NCBI GenBank assembly: GCA_964565505.1
Contig: CAZMFF010000003.1
Coordinates: 1,465 to 65,464, forward strand
Length of the DNA stretch: 64,000 nucleotides
Reading direction: 5' to 3'
Origin: an uncultured Acutalibacter sp.
GTDB lineage: Bacteria > Bacillota > Clostridia > Oscillospirales > Acutalibacteraceae
Positions 56,655 to 64,000 of the stretch are shown here, piece by piece. The notes under the pieces were generated by a model, which was not told the DNA's origin, ran no database searches, and saw nothing but the letters and a program-made list of their open reading frames with translations. A program made the position numbers and the translations under genes. Within the stretch, counting starts at the first letter, position 1. The number at the start of each line of letters is the position of its first letter.

Positions 56655-56685
56655 AGGACAAAGGCTGCGCCTTTGTCCTTTTTAC
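56655..56685 (+). terminator. intrinsic terminator oriented for a + strand transcript (also directly abuts the stop of the minus-strand SDR-like gene)
   Basis: AGGACAAAGG-cugcg-CCUUUGUCCU followed by UUUU on the + strand. On the minus strand there is an A-tract before the hairpin but no U-tract after it. Confidence 0.6.
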
Positions 56686-57365
56686 CAACTCAGCTCCCGG
56701 AACAGGCCGTCCCTTCTCACCAGGCGGTTTTCATCCGAGTGGATATAGTCGTCCTCCGGAAGATAGGAGAAGTCCTGCAAAATATAATCCGCGGCGCTCA
56801 TTCCGCCTTTGGGGCCGTCGGTCACAAAGTTCCGGAAGGTAAAGCCCTCGGGGCGCAGCTCATTGAAGGAAACCTTCAGCATATTATGTATTGCCGCCTG
56901 GGCCATATGCCAGGCAAAGTCATCTTTGTCCTCGCAAAAGCCAATGCCTGCATTTGTTTTGGAGAGCAAAGCGATCCGCTTGCCCTCTCCCTTTTTCAAA
57001 AGGGGCAGGAAAGCGGTGAGGATCCTCTCTATTCCCGCTGCTCCCCGATCCAAAGCCTCTGCCAGCTCCTCATAATCGCGGCCGCTGCCCACCGGCTTAT
57101 CCTCTTTCAGATGATAGGCGCTTTCCAGCACCAGAAGGTCCAGCGCGCCCTCCTTCTCCTCTACCGCCTTCGCGGCGCTCTGGGCGCCGGCGCGATCCGC
57201 AAGGTCAATGCTCAAAAGGCTGATTCCCTCTTTTTCTCCTGCTTCGTGAGATGCGCCGTCCGTATAAGCTCCGTACACCTGATAGCCCGACTTATTTAGC
57301 TGCTGTGCAGTCTCCCAGGCGTCCTGCTCCTGAATGGACGCAATAAACGCAACCTTTTTACTCAT
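56682..57365 (-). CDS. SDR-fold paralog lacking the cofactor-binding and catalytic motifs (probable pseudoenzyme)
   Basis: 227 aa and alignable by eye to the adjacent SDR (AAKAV.EK, AFLPLL..GE.R, FNELRP.G..FR). However, TGxxxGxG becomes ASIQEQDA, and YxxxK becomes W-HMA-Q. Confidence 0.7.
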   Translation of the reverse strand: MSKKVAFIASIQEQDAWETAQQLNKSGYQVYGAYTDGASHEAGEKEGISLLSIDLADRAGAQSAAKAVEEKEGALDLLVLESAYHLKEDKPVGSGRDYEELAEALDRGAAGIERILTAFLPLLKKGEGKRIALLSKTNAGIGFCEDKDDFAWHMAQAAIHNMLKVSFNELRPEGFTFRNFVTDGPKGGMSAADYILQDFSYLPEDDYIHSDENRLVRRDGLFRELSW

Positions 57366-57413
57366 GATGATCTCCTTTCACAGCTATCTGCTGAATGAAT
57401 CGTTTTTCATGGC

Positions 57414-58106
57414 TTAGAAGGGCCAGGCCTGGTTTTCCACATCGGTCATCACCAGGGCGTCTTCCCAGTCTCTGTGTTCCGTAAACTGCTTAAAAGCGGG
57501 CATGGCCGCCTGCTCGGGCTCATATTTTCCTTTGGTGCTTTTCACATCGCCGCCCATATAGGAATTCACCCATCCCGGGTGATACAGCCGGAAGCTGTAG
57601 CCCTTGGGGCGAAGCTCGTTGAACATCAGCTTGACCGCCATATTCAAAGCGGATTTGGACATGGGATAATAGGGAACTCCTCCCTTGCGGTGGGCCACCG
57701 TGATGCTGCCCGCCTCAGAGGAAACAAAGCACAGCCGCTTCTCCCCCGTCTGCATCAGGGGCAAAAAGGCCTCTACCATACGCATGGCGCCCAAAGCGTT
57801 CACATTGACGATCTGCCGGAAAGCGTCCTCTCCCTCTGCGTGGGAGATCCCCGCGCAGTTGACCAGCACGTCCACTACCTCCGTCTTTTCCGAAACGGCC
57901 TTTGCCGCCTCCTGTACAGACTGCGTGGACCCCACATTCAGGGAGACCAGCTCCACCGTATCGGGAAACTGAGCCTTGAGCTCGTCCAGCTCCTTCCAAT
58001 ACTCTAGGAATCTTCCGGCAAATACCCGCCAGCCGTTCTGCGCGAAAATGCGGCTCAGGGCAAAGCCCACGCCTCTGTCAGCTCCTGTGATAAACACTGT
58101 TTTCAT
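57414..58106 (-). CDS. short-chain dehydrogenase/reductase (classical SDR)
   Basis: VFITGADRGVG (TGxxxGxG), NCAG, a catalytic Ser region and YPMSK (YxxxK). Confidence 0.88.
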   Translation of the reverse strand: MKTVFITGADRGVGFALSRIFAQNGWRVFAGRFLEYWKELDELKAQFPDTVELVSLNVGSTQSVQEAAKAVSEKTEVVDVLVNCAGISHAEGEDAFRQIVNVNALGAMRMVEAFLPLMQTGEKRLCFVSSEAGSITVAHRKGGVPYYPMSKSALNMAVKLMFNELRPKGYSFRLYHPGWVNSYMGGDVKSTKGKYEPEQAAMPAFKQFTEHRDWEDALVMTDVENQAWPF

Positions 58107-59153
58107 TTAGTATGCTCCATCCTTTCTCTCATTTAAGGCCTGCTCCAGCTTCTCTGCCAAAGCCCGGAACGACAGGCCGTTTACTGTTTGGATACGCTCT
58201 ATTTCCTCGCTGGGAAAGCTATCCGGACCGGAAACCGCGCCGCAGATCCCGCAGGCGATGGCGCCGATGGTATCCGTATCGCCTCCCACATTGGCGCACA
58301 GCCGCCCGCAGCGTACCGGGTCTCCCTGAGAAAAGCAGGCCAGAGCCATGGCGGCCGCCGCCGTTTCCGAGCTGGAAAGCCCGGTGCCCAGGTCATAAAA
58401 CACATAGTCGAGCACCCGGTCTTCCGAATAGTCCTTCGCCTCGGCCTCCTCGATATAGGTCCGCGCCCGAATGAGGGCGTGCTCCACATTCGCCCCCGCC
58501 ACATAATAGCCCATACCGTCCCCCAGCCGGGCCGCCGAAAGCGCCAGCTCCCACATCCGGGGCCAGCAGGCATTTTCATAGACGGCCCCGGAAACCGCCG
58601 CTGCCAAAGAAGCCGCGGCGGAGATCGCCAGGTTGGTATTGTGGGTAGGCAGACACAAAAGCCGTACCTGCTCTACCAGCGCCTCTAAGGGAGAAGGGGG
58701 ATTCACCAGCCCGATGGGCAGGATCTTCATGGCCGCGCCATTGGTGGAACCGGCCTTTCCCGTCTCTGTCACCGAAACGCCCTGTTTTATCAGCTCCAGC
58801 GCTTTGCGGGTGCTGGGGCCGATCACGGAGGCCGTCTTTTCTTCCCCTGCCCAGGCCCTTAAAAGCCGGACAAAGGCGTCCACCTCCACCTTCCCGCCGT
58901 GCTTCCACAGAAGCTCTACCACCAGCTGGGTGTTTTCCGTGTCATCCGTGACCTCTCCGGCCTTTAAAGAGCGCTTGATCTCTCCTTTTTCACTGGAGAG
59001 AAGCCCTTCGATCACGCCGAAGGATTTTTTGATGCTTTCACGGCGCATCATTTCCGAGGGCATTTCCATGGCGTCTCCATAGGCGATGCCCATCAGGGCC
59101 CCCAGCCTTCTTCCCGCCGGGCAAAGCGCCGGATCCTCCTGTTTCATGCTCAC
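58107..59153 (-). CDS. ADP-ribosylglycohydrolase-family (ARH/DraG fold) hydrolase
   Basis: GALMGIAYGDAMEMP, VTDDTENT and GGDTDTIGAIACGICGA; the metal-binding motifs are intact. The stop abuts the SDR start. Confidence 0.88.
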   Translation of the reverse strand: MSMKQEDPALCPAGRRLGALMGIAYGDAMEMPSEMMRRESIKKSFGVIEGLLSSEKGEIKRSLKAGEVTDDTENTQLVVELLWKHGGKVEVDAFVRLLRAWAGEEKTASVIGPSTRKALELIKQGVSVTETGKAGSTNGAAMKILPIGLVNPPSPLEALVEQVRLLCLPTHNTNLAISAAASLAAAVSGAVYENACWPRMWELALSAARLGDGMGYYVAGANVEHALIRARTYIEEAEAKDYSEDRVLDYVFYDLGTGLSSSETAAAAMALACFSQGDPVRCGRLCANVGGDTDTIGAIACGICGAVSGPDSFPSEEIERIQTVNGLSFRALAEKLEQALNERKDGAY

Positions 59154-59181
59154 GGTCTCCTCCCATCCTTCCCGGTCTGTT

Positions 59182-59487
59182 TTACTTTTCGATCTCCATT
59201 TCCAGAAGGGCGAACCCCAGCGTCTTTCCGTGCATATCCACCGCTAAAGACCTGGTCACCCCGCCCCCCAGGGCGTTCTCCATCACAAAGTTGAACGCGT
59301 GCAGCTTCGGCAGCTCATAGCGGGTCACCTTCCCCCTGACGATCCCGGAGAAATGCTCCTTCACCCGCTGGGCCGTCACCTGCTCCTTTAAAAGCTCATA
59401 GTCCTTTTCCTCAAAGGGGATCAGAGAGATAACGGAGATATTTCCCTTGTCTCCTGTGCGGGAATGTGCAAGCTCATATAATTTCAT
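59182..59487 (-). CDS. DUF4387-like small partner of AtuA-family proteins
   Basis: 101 aa, MKLYELAHSRTGDKGNISVISLIP...; it lies 14 nt downstream of the DUF1446 gene. Confidence 0.78.
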   Translation of the reverse strand: MKLYELAHSRTGDKGNISVISLIPFEEKDYELLKEQVTAQRVKEHFSGIVRGKVTRYELPKLHAFNFVMENALGGGVTRSLAVDMHGKTLGFALLEMEIEK

Positions 59488-59501
59488 GGGTTTTCCCTCC
59501 T

Positions 59502-60836
59502 TTAAAGCATGGTCACCTCAGGGCTTACCAGGTCGTTCGGCAGCAGTACGGAAGCCACAGAAACGATCCTGCGCACCGATTTCGTCACGCCTCCGCCTCC
59601 TGCGGGGCCGTTGGTGTAGAGGGCCTCCACCTCGTTGCCGATGACCTGGGCCGCCTCTTCTGTTTTTGTCCTGGCGGCCACCCGCAGACGCACCTCCACA
59701 GGCGCCGCCCCCTGAGGCAGGGCCTCTCTGTAAAGAGAGTCTACCCCCATGCAGTCCACCCGAAGCTCGCTGACAGGGCAGGCGCAAAGCTCCAAGCGCT
59801 TTCGGATGATCTCCCCCGCAAGGCGCGCCCTCTCAAGGGCGTTGTGTCCGCCGTAGCTGATCTGCCCCTCGCCGATAAAGCAGTCCTGATAGCCTACACT
59901 CACCTTCAGCTTCCCATTGTTGGGCTTTCCGGAGGCGCCTGAGACCTTTACCTTGTCCTTTCCCACCTGCCGGACCTCCGCCATTTGGAAATCCGCCGTA
60001 CAGTCCGGCGTAAAGTAATTGGCAGGGTCCTGAAGCTCATAGATGATCTGCTCCTTGCAGGTCCTTTCGCTGACTAAGCCCCCGGTACCCGGAAGCTTGG
60101 TGATTTCCAGACTGCCGTCCTCCCCAATCTCGGCAATGGGGAAGCCCAGGTTCCAAAGGTCCTTCACATCTTTTTTCCCGGGGTCGCAGAAATAGCCCCC
60201 CGTCACCTGCCCGGCACATTCCAGCAGATGCCCGGCAATGGTGCCCTTGCCCAGCAGGGCATAGTCGTCCATCTTCCAGCCGAATTCGTATACCAGAGGG
60301 CCCAGCACCAAAGCGGGATCCGCCACTCTCCCGGTGATCACCAGGTCCGCCCCCTGCCTCAACGCCTCCACGATACCGGAGCAGCCCAGGTAGGCGTTGG
60401 CGGAAACAATGTCCTCCTTCAGCTCTTTCAGGGGCTTCCCTGTCTCCATGGTGGGCAGGTCCCAGAATTCCGGAAGCCGGGAAAGCACGTCGTCGCCGGT
60501 GACGGCGGCGATCTTCAAGGAGGAAAGGCCCTTTTCCTGTGCCATTTCCCTGGCCTTTTTCGCCGCCGCTATGGGGTTTGCCGCCCCCATATTGGTGATC
60601 ACCTTTACGGGGCGCTCCTTTAAGGCGTCCAGGATACGCTCCATCCGGTAAGAAAACAGGGGGTTATATCCCTTTTCCGGATGCTCCAGCCGCTCCAGCT
60701 GAGCGAGAGCGATGGTGCGCTCCGCCAGACATTCAAAGATGATGTAATCCAGGTTCCCTCGTTTCATCAAATCGACGGCGGGCTCGATCCGATCTCCTCC
60801 ATAGCCCGCCCCGGAGCCAATGCGCACGGTTTTCAT
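59502..60836 (-). CDS. AtuA-like (DUF1446) protein
   Basis: 444 aa, with MKTVRIGSGAGYGGDRIEPAVDLMKRGNLDYIIFECLAERTIALAQ and GRVADPALVLGP. Confidence 0.85.
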   Translation of the reverse strand: MKTVRIGSGAGYGGDRIEPAVDLMKRGNLDYIIFECLAERTIALAQLERLEHPEKGYNPLFSYRMERILDALKERPVKVITNMGAANPIAAAKKAREMAQEKGLSSLKIAAVTGDDVLSRLPEFWDLPTMETGKPLKELKEDIVSANAYLGCSGIVEALRQGADLVITGRVADPALVLGPLVYEFGWKMDDYALLGKGTIAGHLLECAGQVTGGYFCDPGKKDVKDLWNLGFPIAEIGEDGSLEITKLPGTGGLVSERTCKEQIIYELQDPANYFTPDCTADFQMAEVRQVGKDKVKVSGASGKPNNGKLKVSVGYQDCFIGEGQISYGGHNALERARLAGEIIRKRLELCACPVSELRVDCMGVDSLYREALPQGAAPVEVRLRVAARTKTEEAAQVIGNEVEALYTNGPAGGGGVTKSVRRIVSVASVLLPNDLVSPEVTML

Positions 60837-61037
60837 CTCGTTACCCTCTTTCTCATCAAAGCAGCGCCGCTTCTCTCAGGGAAGCCCTGCCTTTTCTGCC
60901 TTTCAGTATACTACAAGCCGCGAAAAAAGGCCAGGGATAAAGCGGGATTTTCTTCCCCGCCGCTTCCCCTCCTTTTCAAAAAATGCTATAATGGAAGAAA
61001 AGCCGGGAGTCCGGCGGCTTAAAAGGAGGAGTATTTT

Positions 61038-61820
61038 ATGGAAAAACAGATCGTGGTCACCCCTATTTCCGATCATATCTGGCAATTTAACGAAAGCAAC
61101 GCGGACGGCCCTTATGTGGACGCCTATCTGATCTGCGGAAAAGAGCGGGCTTTGCTCATCGATTCCCTGCAAAATCTTCCCGGACTTTATGAAGAGGTGA
61201 GAAAGCTCACAAGTCTTCCCGTGGATGTGGCCCTCACCCACGGGCACGGCGACCATGCCGGCGTTTCCCTGAAGGAATTTGAGGAGGCGGGCTGCAAGAT
61301 CTACCTCGCCCCTGCCGATTTCTTTTTTCTCAAGGACCGGAAAAACGCCCCGGTAAGCGCCGGCGCGCTCTCTCCCCTCTCTTCCGGGCAGGTCTTCGAT
61401 CTGGGCGGCAGAAAGCTTACGGTGCTGGACGTGGCCGGACACAGCCCCGGAAGCGTCGCGTTCCTGGATGAGGAAAATCAACTGTTGTTTTCTGGGGACA
61501 GCATCGGCTCCGGAAATTTCTGGATGCAGCTTTCCTCCTGCCTTCCTCTGGGCGAATTCCTTGTAAAATTGGAGGAGCTTGCCAAACGGGTAGAACCTCT
61601 TTCCGGGTTAAAGGTATACCCGGGCCACCGAAACCAGTCTCCCGTACAACTGACGCTTCAGTATGTGAAGGACGTGCTGGGCCTTACCAGAGACATTCTT
61701 GCCGGAAAGGAAGCCGGAGAAGAGTATCCCATGAACCTGCACGGGACCATGATCTCCGCCCGCGAGGTCAAGCGCGGGCAGATGAGAAGCTATCTCTACG
61801 ACCCGAAGCATCTGCACTGA
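61038..61820 (+). CDS. MBL-fold metallo-hydrolase
   Basis: ALTHGHGDHAG (HxHxDH), with later GHSPGS and PGH. TGcTATAAT extended -10 about 50 nt upstream. Confidence 0.85.
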   Translation: MEKQIVVTPISDHIWQFNESNADGPYVDAYLICGKERALLIDSLQNLPGLYEEVRKLTSLPVDVALTHGHGDHAGVSLKEFEEAGCKIYLAPADFFFLKDRKNAPVSAGALSPLSSGQVFDLGGRKLTVLDVAGHSPGSVAFLDEENQLLFSGDSIGSGNFWMQLSSCLPLGEFLVKLEELAKRVEPLSGLKVYPGHRNQSPVQLTLQYVKDVLGLTRDILAGKEAGEEYPMNLHGTMISAREVKRGQMRSYLYDPKHLH

Positions 61821-61847
61821 GCCTTTCAAAAGATTCCCCGGATGCAC

Positions 61848-61881
61848 AAACGGCCCCCCGATCGTCAGGGGGCCGTTTTTT
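61848..61881. terminator. terminator between the MBL gene and recG
   Basis: AAACGGCCCC ... GGGGCCGUUUUUU. Confidence 0.8.
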
Positions 61882-61883
61882 CA

Positions 61884-63926
61884 TTACAGCACGGGCGTGC
61901 CGCCGTTTCCCGCCTTTTCAAAAAGGCGCTTCACCTCTGCCCGAAGCTCCCGGTACTCTTCTCCCATCAGCCTGTTTTCCCCGAGCAGCTCCTTTGCGCA
62001 TTGCTGGGCCTTTTTCAGCACCTCCAGGTCGTTTGTCATGTCGGCGATCTTCAGCTTGGGCAGGCCGTGCTGGCGGCTGCCGAAAAAGTCGCCGGGGCCG
62101 CGAAGCTTCAGGTCTGCATCCGCAATCTGGAAGCCGTCGCTTGTGTCCCGAAACAGCTTCAGGCGCTTGACGGTATCCTCGTTCCTGGCGTCTGTGATGA
62201 GGATACAGGTGGACTTAAACTTTCCTCTTCCAATCCTGCCCCGCAGCTGATGGAGCTGGGAAAGGCCGTAGCGCTCCGCGTTTTCGATGAGCATGATCAC
62301 CGCGTTGGGAACGTCCACTCCCACCTCCACTACCGTGGTGGAAACCAACAGTTGAAGCCGCCCGGAGGAAAAGCTGTTCATGACCGCCTCCTTTTCCCCG
62401 GCCTTCATCCTGCCGTGAAGCAGCCCGATCGCGGCTTTTGGGAAGCATTTTTGCACCAGCTTCCCGTATTCCTGCACGCTCATCATCCCGGTTTCATCTT
62501 CCTCGATCAAAGGGCAGATCAGATACCCCTGCCGCCCCTCGTCCAGATGCTTCTGCACAAAGCGAAAGGCCCGAAGCCGCTTGGGGGAATCGATCAAATA
62601 GGTCTCGATCTTCTGCCTGCCGGGGGGCAGCTCGTCTAAAACGGAAATGTCCAGGTCTCCGTACATCATCAGTGCCAAAGTGCGGGGAATGGGGGTGGCG
62701 CTCATGACCAGCAGGTGGGGAGAGCTGCCCTTTTGGGCCAGCCGGGAGCGCTGCTCTACCCCGAAGCGGTGCTGCTCGTCGGTAATGACAAGCCCCAGAT
62801 CCTGAAAAGCGACCCCTTCGCTCAAAAGCGCGTGGGTGCCGATCGCCAGCCGGATCTCGCCCCTTTGAAGCCCCTCATAGACTTCCTTCTTTTCCTTCGG
62901 CCTCATGGAACCGGTAAGCAGCGCGGCTTTGATCCCCGCAGGCTCCAGCAAAGCCGAGAGAGAGGCGTAATGCTGGCTTGCCAGGATCTCGGTAGGGGCC
63001 ATCATGGCGGCCTGCATCCCGCTTTGGATCACGCTGAAGCACAGGGCCGCCGCAACTGCGGTCTTCCCGCTTCCCACATCCCCCTGCACAAGCCGGTTCA
63101 TGGGAGAAGCGCCCGCCATATCCTCCACCGCCTCCCGGACAGCTCGTTCCTGAGCGCCTGTGAGAGAAAAGGGAAGCAGCTTTGTAAACTCTGTAGGAAA
63201 TTCGTTTTTGACCGGATGCAGGTTCTTTTCCCTTCTCCGGTTCTTAAGGCTCAAAAGCCCCAGCTGAAGCAGCAGGAACTCTTCAAAGATCAACCGGGTC
63301 CTGGCGATCTCCAGCTCCTTTCCCGAATTCGGAAAATGGATCTGCTCTAGGGCAAAGCCCAGATGGCACAGGCGGTATTTCTCCCGGATCTCCAAGGGAA
63401 GCGGGTCCCTGAGCTGAGGGGGCAAAAGCTTCAAAGCGTTTCCCACGGCGGAAGAGATCATCCGGGAGGAAAGGCCCTGGGTGGCGGGATAGACAGGGAC
63501 CACCCCGTGGGCCTTGTCTTCAGGAAGGAATTGGGGCGATACCATTTCCTTTCGCAGAAAGCCCCCTGTCACCTTTCCCCGAAACAGATAGCTCTCTCCG
63601 CTTTTGAGCAGGGTGGGGATGTACCGGTTATTAAAGAAGGTGAGGGTCATATCGCTTTCCTCATCGGAGACCGTCACCTTATAGAGAAGCTTTCCCCCCT
63701 TGACACGGTGCTCCTCCGGCTTTTTTACCACCGTGGCCCGCACGACGTTTACATCGCCCAGGACCACTGCGGAAATGGGGACCGGGCGGCTCCAATCCTC
63801 ATAGGCCCTGGGATACAGGCGCAAGAGGCCGCCTACCGTGGACGCACCCAGCTTTTCATAAAGAGGCGCGCGTTTTTTCCCCACACCCTTCAATTCGGTG
63901 ATATCCATTTCAAACAGAGAGGGCAT
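61884..63926 (-). CDS. recG: ATP-dependent DNA helicase RecG
   Basis: 680 aa. Wedge domain, helicase motifs GDVGSGKT and DEQHRFG, and C-terminal QLRGRIGRG. Confidence 0.96.
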   Translation of the reverse strand: MPSLFEMDITELKGVGKKRAPLYEKLGASTVGGLLRLYPRAYEDWSRPVPISAVVLGDVNVVRATVVKKPEEHRVKGGKLLYKVTVSDEESDMTLTFFNNRYIPTLLKSGESYLFRGKVTGGFLRKEMVSPQFLPEDKAHGVVPVYPATQGLSSRMISSAVGNALKLLPPQLRDPLPLEIREKYRLCHLGFALEQIHFPNSGKELEIARTRLIFEEFLLLQLGLLSLKNRRREKNLHPVKNEFPTEFTKLLPFSLTGAQERAVREAVEDMAGASPMNRLVQGDVGSGKTAVAAALCFSVIQSGMQAAMMAPTEILASQHYASLSALLEPAGIKAALLTGSMRPKEKKEVYEGLQRGEIRLAIGTHALLSEGVAFQDLGLVITDEQHRFGVEQRSRLAQKGSSPHLLVMSATPIPRTLALMMYGDLDISVLDELPPGRQKIETYLIDSPKRLRAFRFVQKHLDEGRQGYLICPLIEEDETGMMSVQEYGKLVQKCFPKAAIGLLHGRMKAGEKEAVMNSFSSGRLQLLVSTTVVEVGVDVPNAVIMLIENAERYGLSQLHQLRGRIGRGKFKSTCILITDARNEDTVKRLKLFRDTSDGFQIADADLKLRGPGDFFGSRQHGLPKLKIADMTNDLEVLKKAQQCAKELLGENRLMGEEYRELRAEVKRLFEKAGNGGTPVL

Positions 63927-64000
63927 CGATCGACCGCTCCTTTCTCCCCGCGGCGCTTGAGCGCAAAAGGAATCTTAGAAAAAGAAACCTTTCCCGAAAG

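Noticed and set aside
58107-59153. ADP-ribosylglycohydrolase as an antitoxin, immunity or anti-defence gene (DarG/Tri1-like logic).
   Set aside because: There is no adjacent ADP-ribosyltransferase or toxin-like ORF. The gene is embedded in an operon with metabolic-type partners (DUF1446/DUF4387 and an SDR). A metabolic role seems more likely, though it is not proven.
63927-64000. Possible 3' end of another minus-strand gene at the right edge (frame ending in TAA at 63977-63975).
   Set aside because: Only about 8 codons are visible, which is too little sequence to support a call.

Overview
The window is a high-GC, Clostridia-type chromosomal segment. spoIIR, the [FeFe]-hydrogenase maturases, an anaerobic sulfatase-maturating enzyme and a bile salt hydrolase suggest a sporulating gut anaerobe; this is an inference. 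No mobile elements, CRISPR arrays, rRNA or tRNA genes were recognised.

Most of the window is housekeeping:
- partial trmH-like gene, rplT, rpmI and infC with an L20-leader attenuator and an AUU start
- addAB, spoIIR, nrdR, an ABC-F ATPase, mtaB, mutY, ansA, ispE
- an Lrp/aminotransferase pair, an ACT/UPF0210 pair, ireB
- pheST with a T-box leader, hydE/hydG/hydF with a TM1266-type regulator, recG

Accessory-looking blocks:
- an OmpR/HK pair with a 3-gene ABC module (9.9-14.5 kb)
- an AsrC-like siroheme/ferredoxin protein translationally coupled to a FecBCD-type importer (23.1-26.7 kb)
- a BSH / membrane protein / carboxylesterase trio (35.2-38.5 kb)
- a leaderless Cys-type sulfatase pair with a split ChrA transporter, a LysR regulator and an anSME (44.1-50.7 kb)
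- a five-gene operon of DUF1446(AtuA-like), DUF4387, ADP-ribosylglycohydrolase, SDR and a catalytically dead SDR paralog (56.7-60.8 kb)

The most unusual signal is non-coding. Two long convergent intergenic spacers (49.17-49.62 kb and 56.29-56.68 kb) share a repeat family made of strictly 7-nt-periodic UAG/CUAA arrays. These arrays place stop codons in all six frames and follow a UAG-N4 pattern like HutP-type RNA sites. They are interleaved with conserved GC hairpins and GCCAAG-tailed mini-hairpins. The second locus also has a nested three-stem palindrome followed by an orphan + strand terminator. A terminator-containing leader immediately upstream of the hyd maturase operon is a second candidate regulatory RNA.

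Many long ORFs in the track are antisense shadow ORFs or N-terminally over-extended. Start codons were re-placed where SD spacing or terminators allowed. All functional calls rest on motif recognition by eye; no database search was run.
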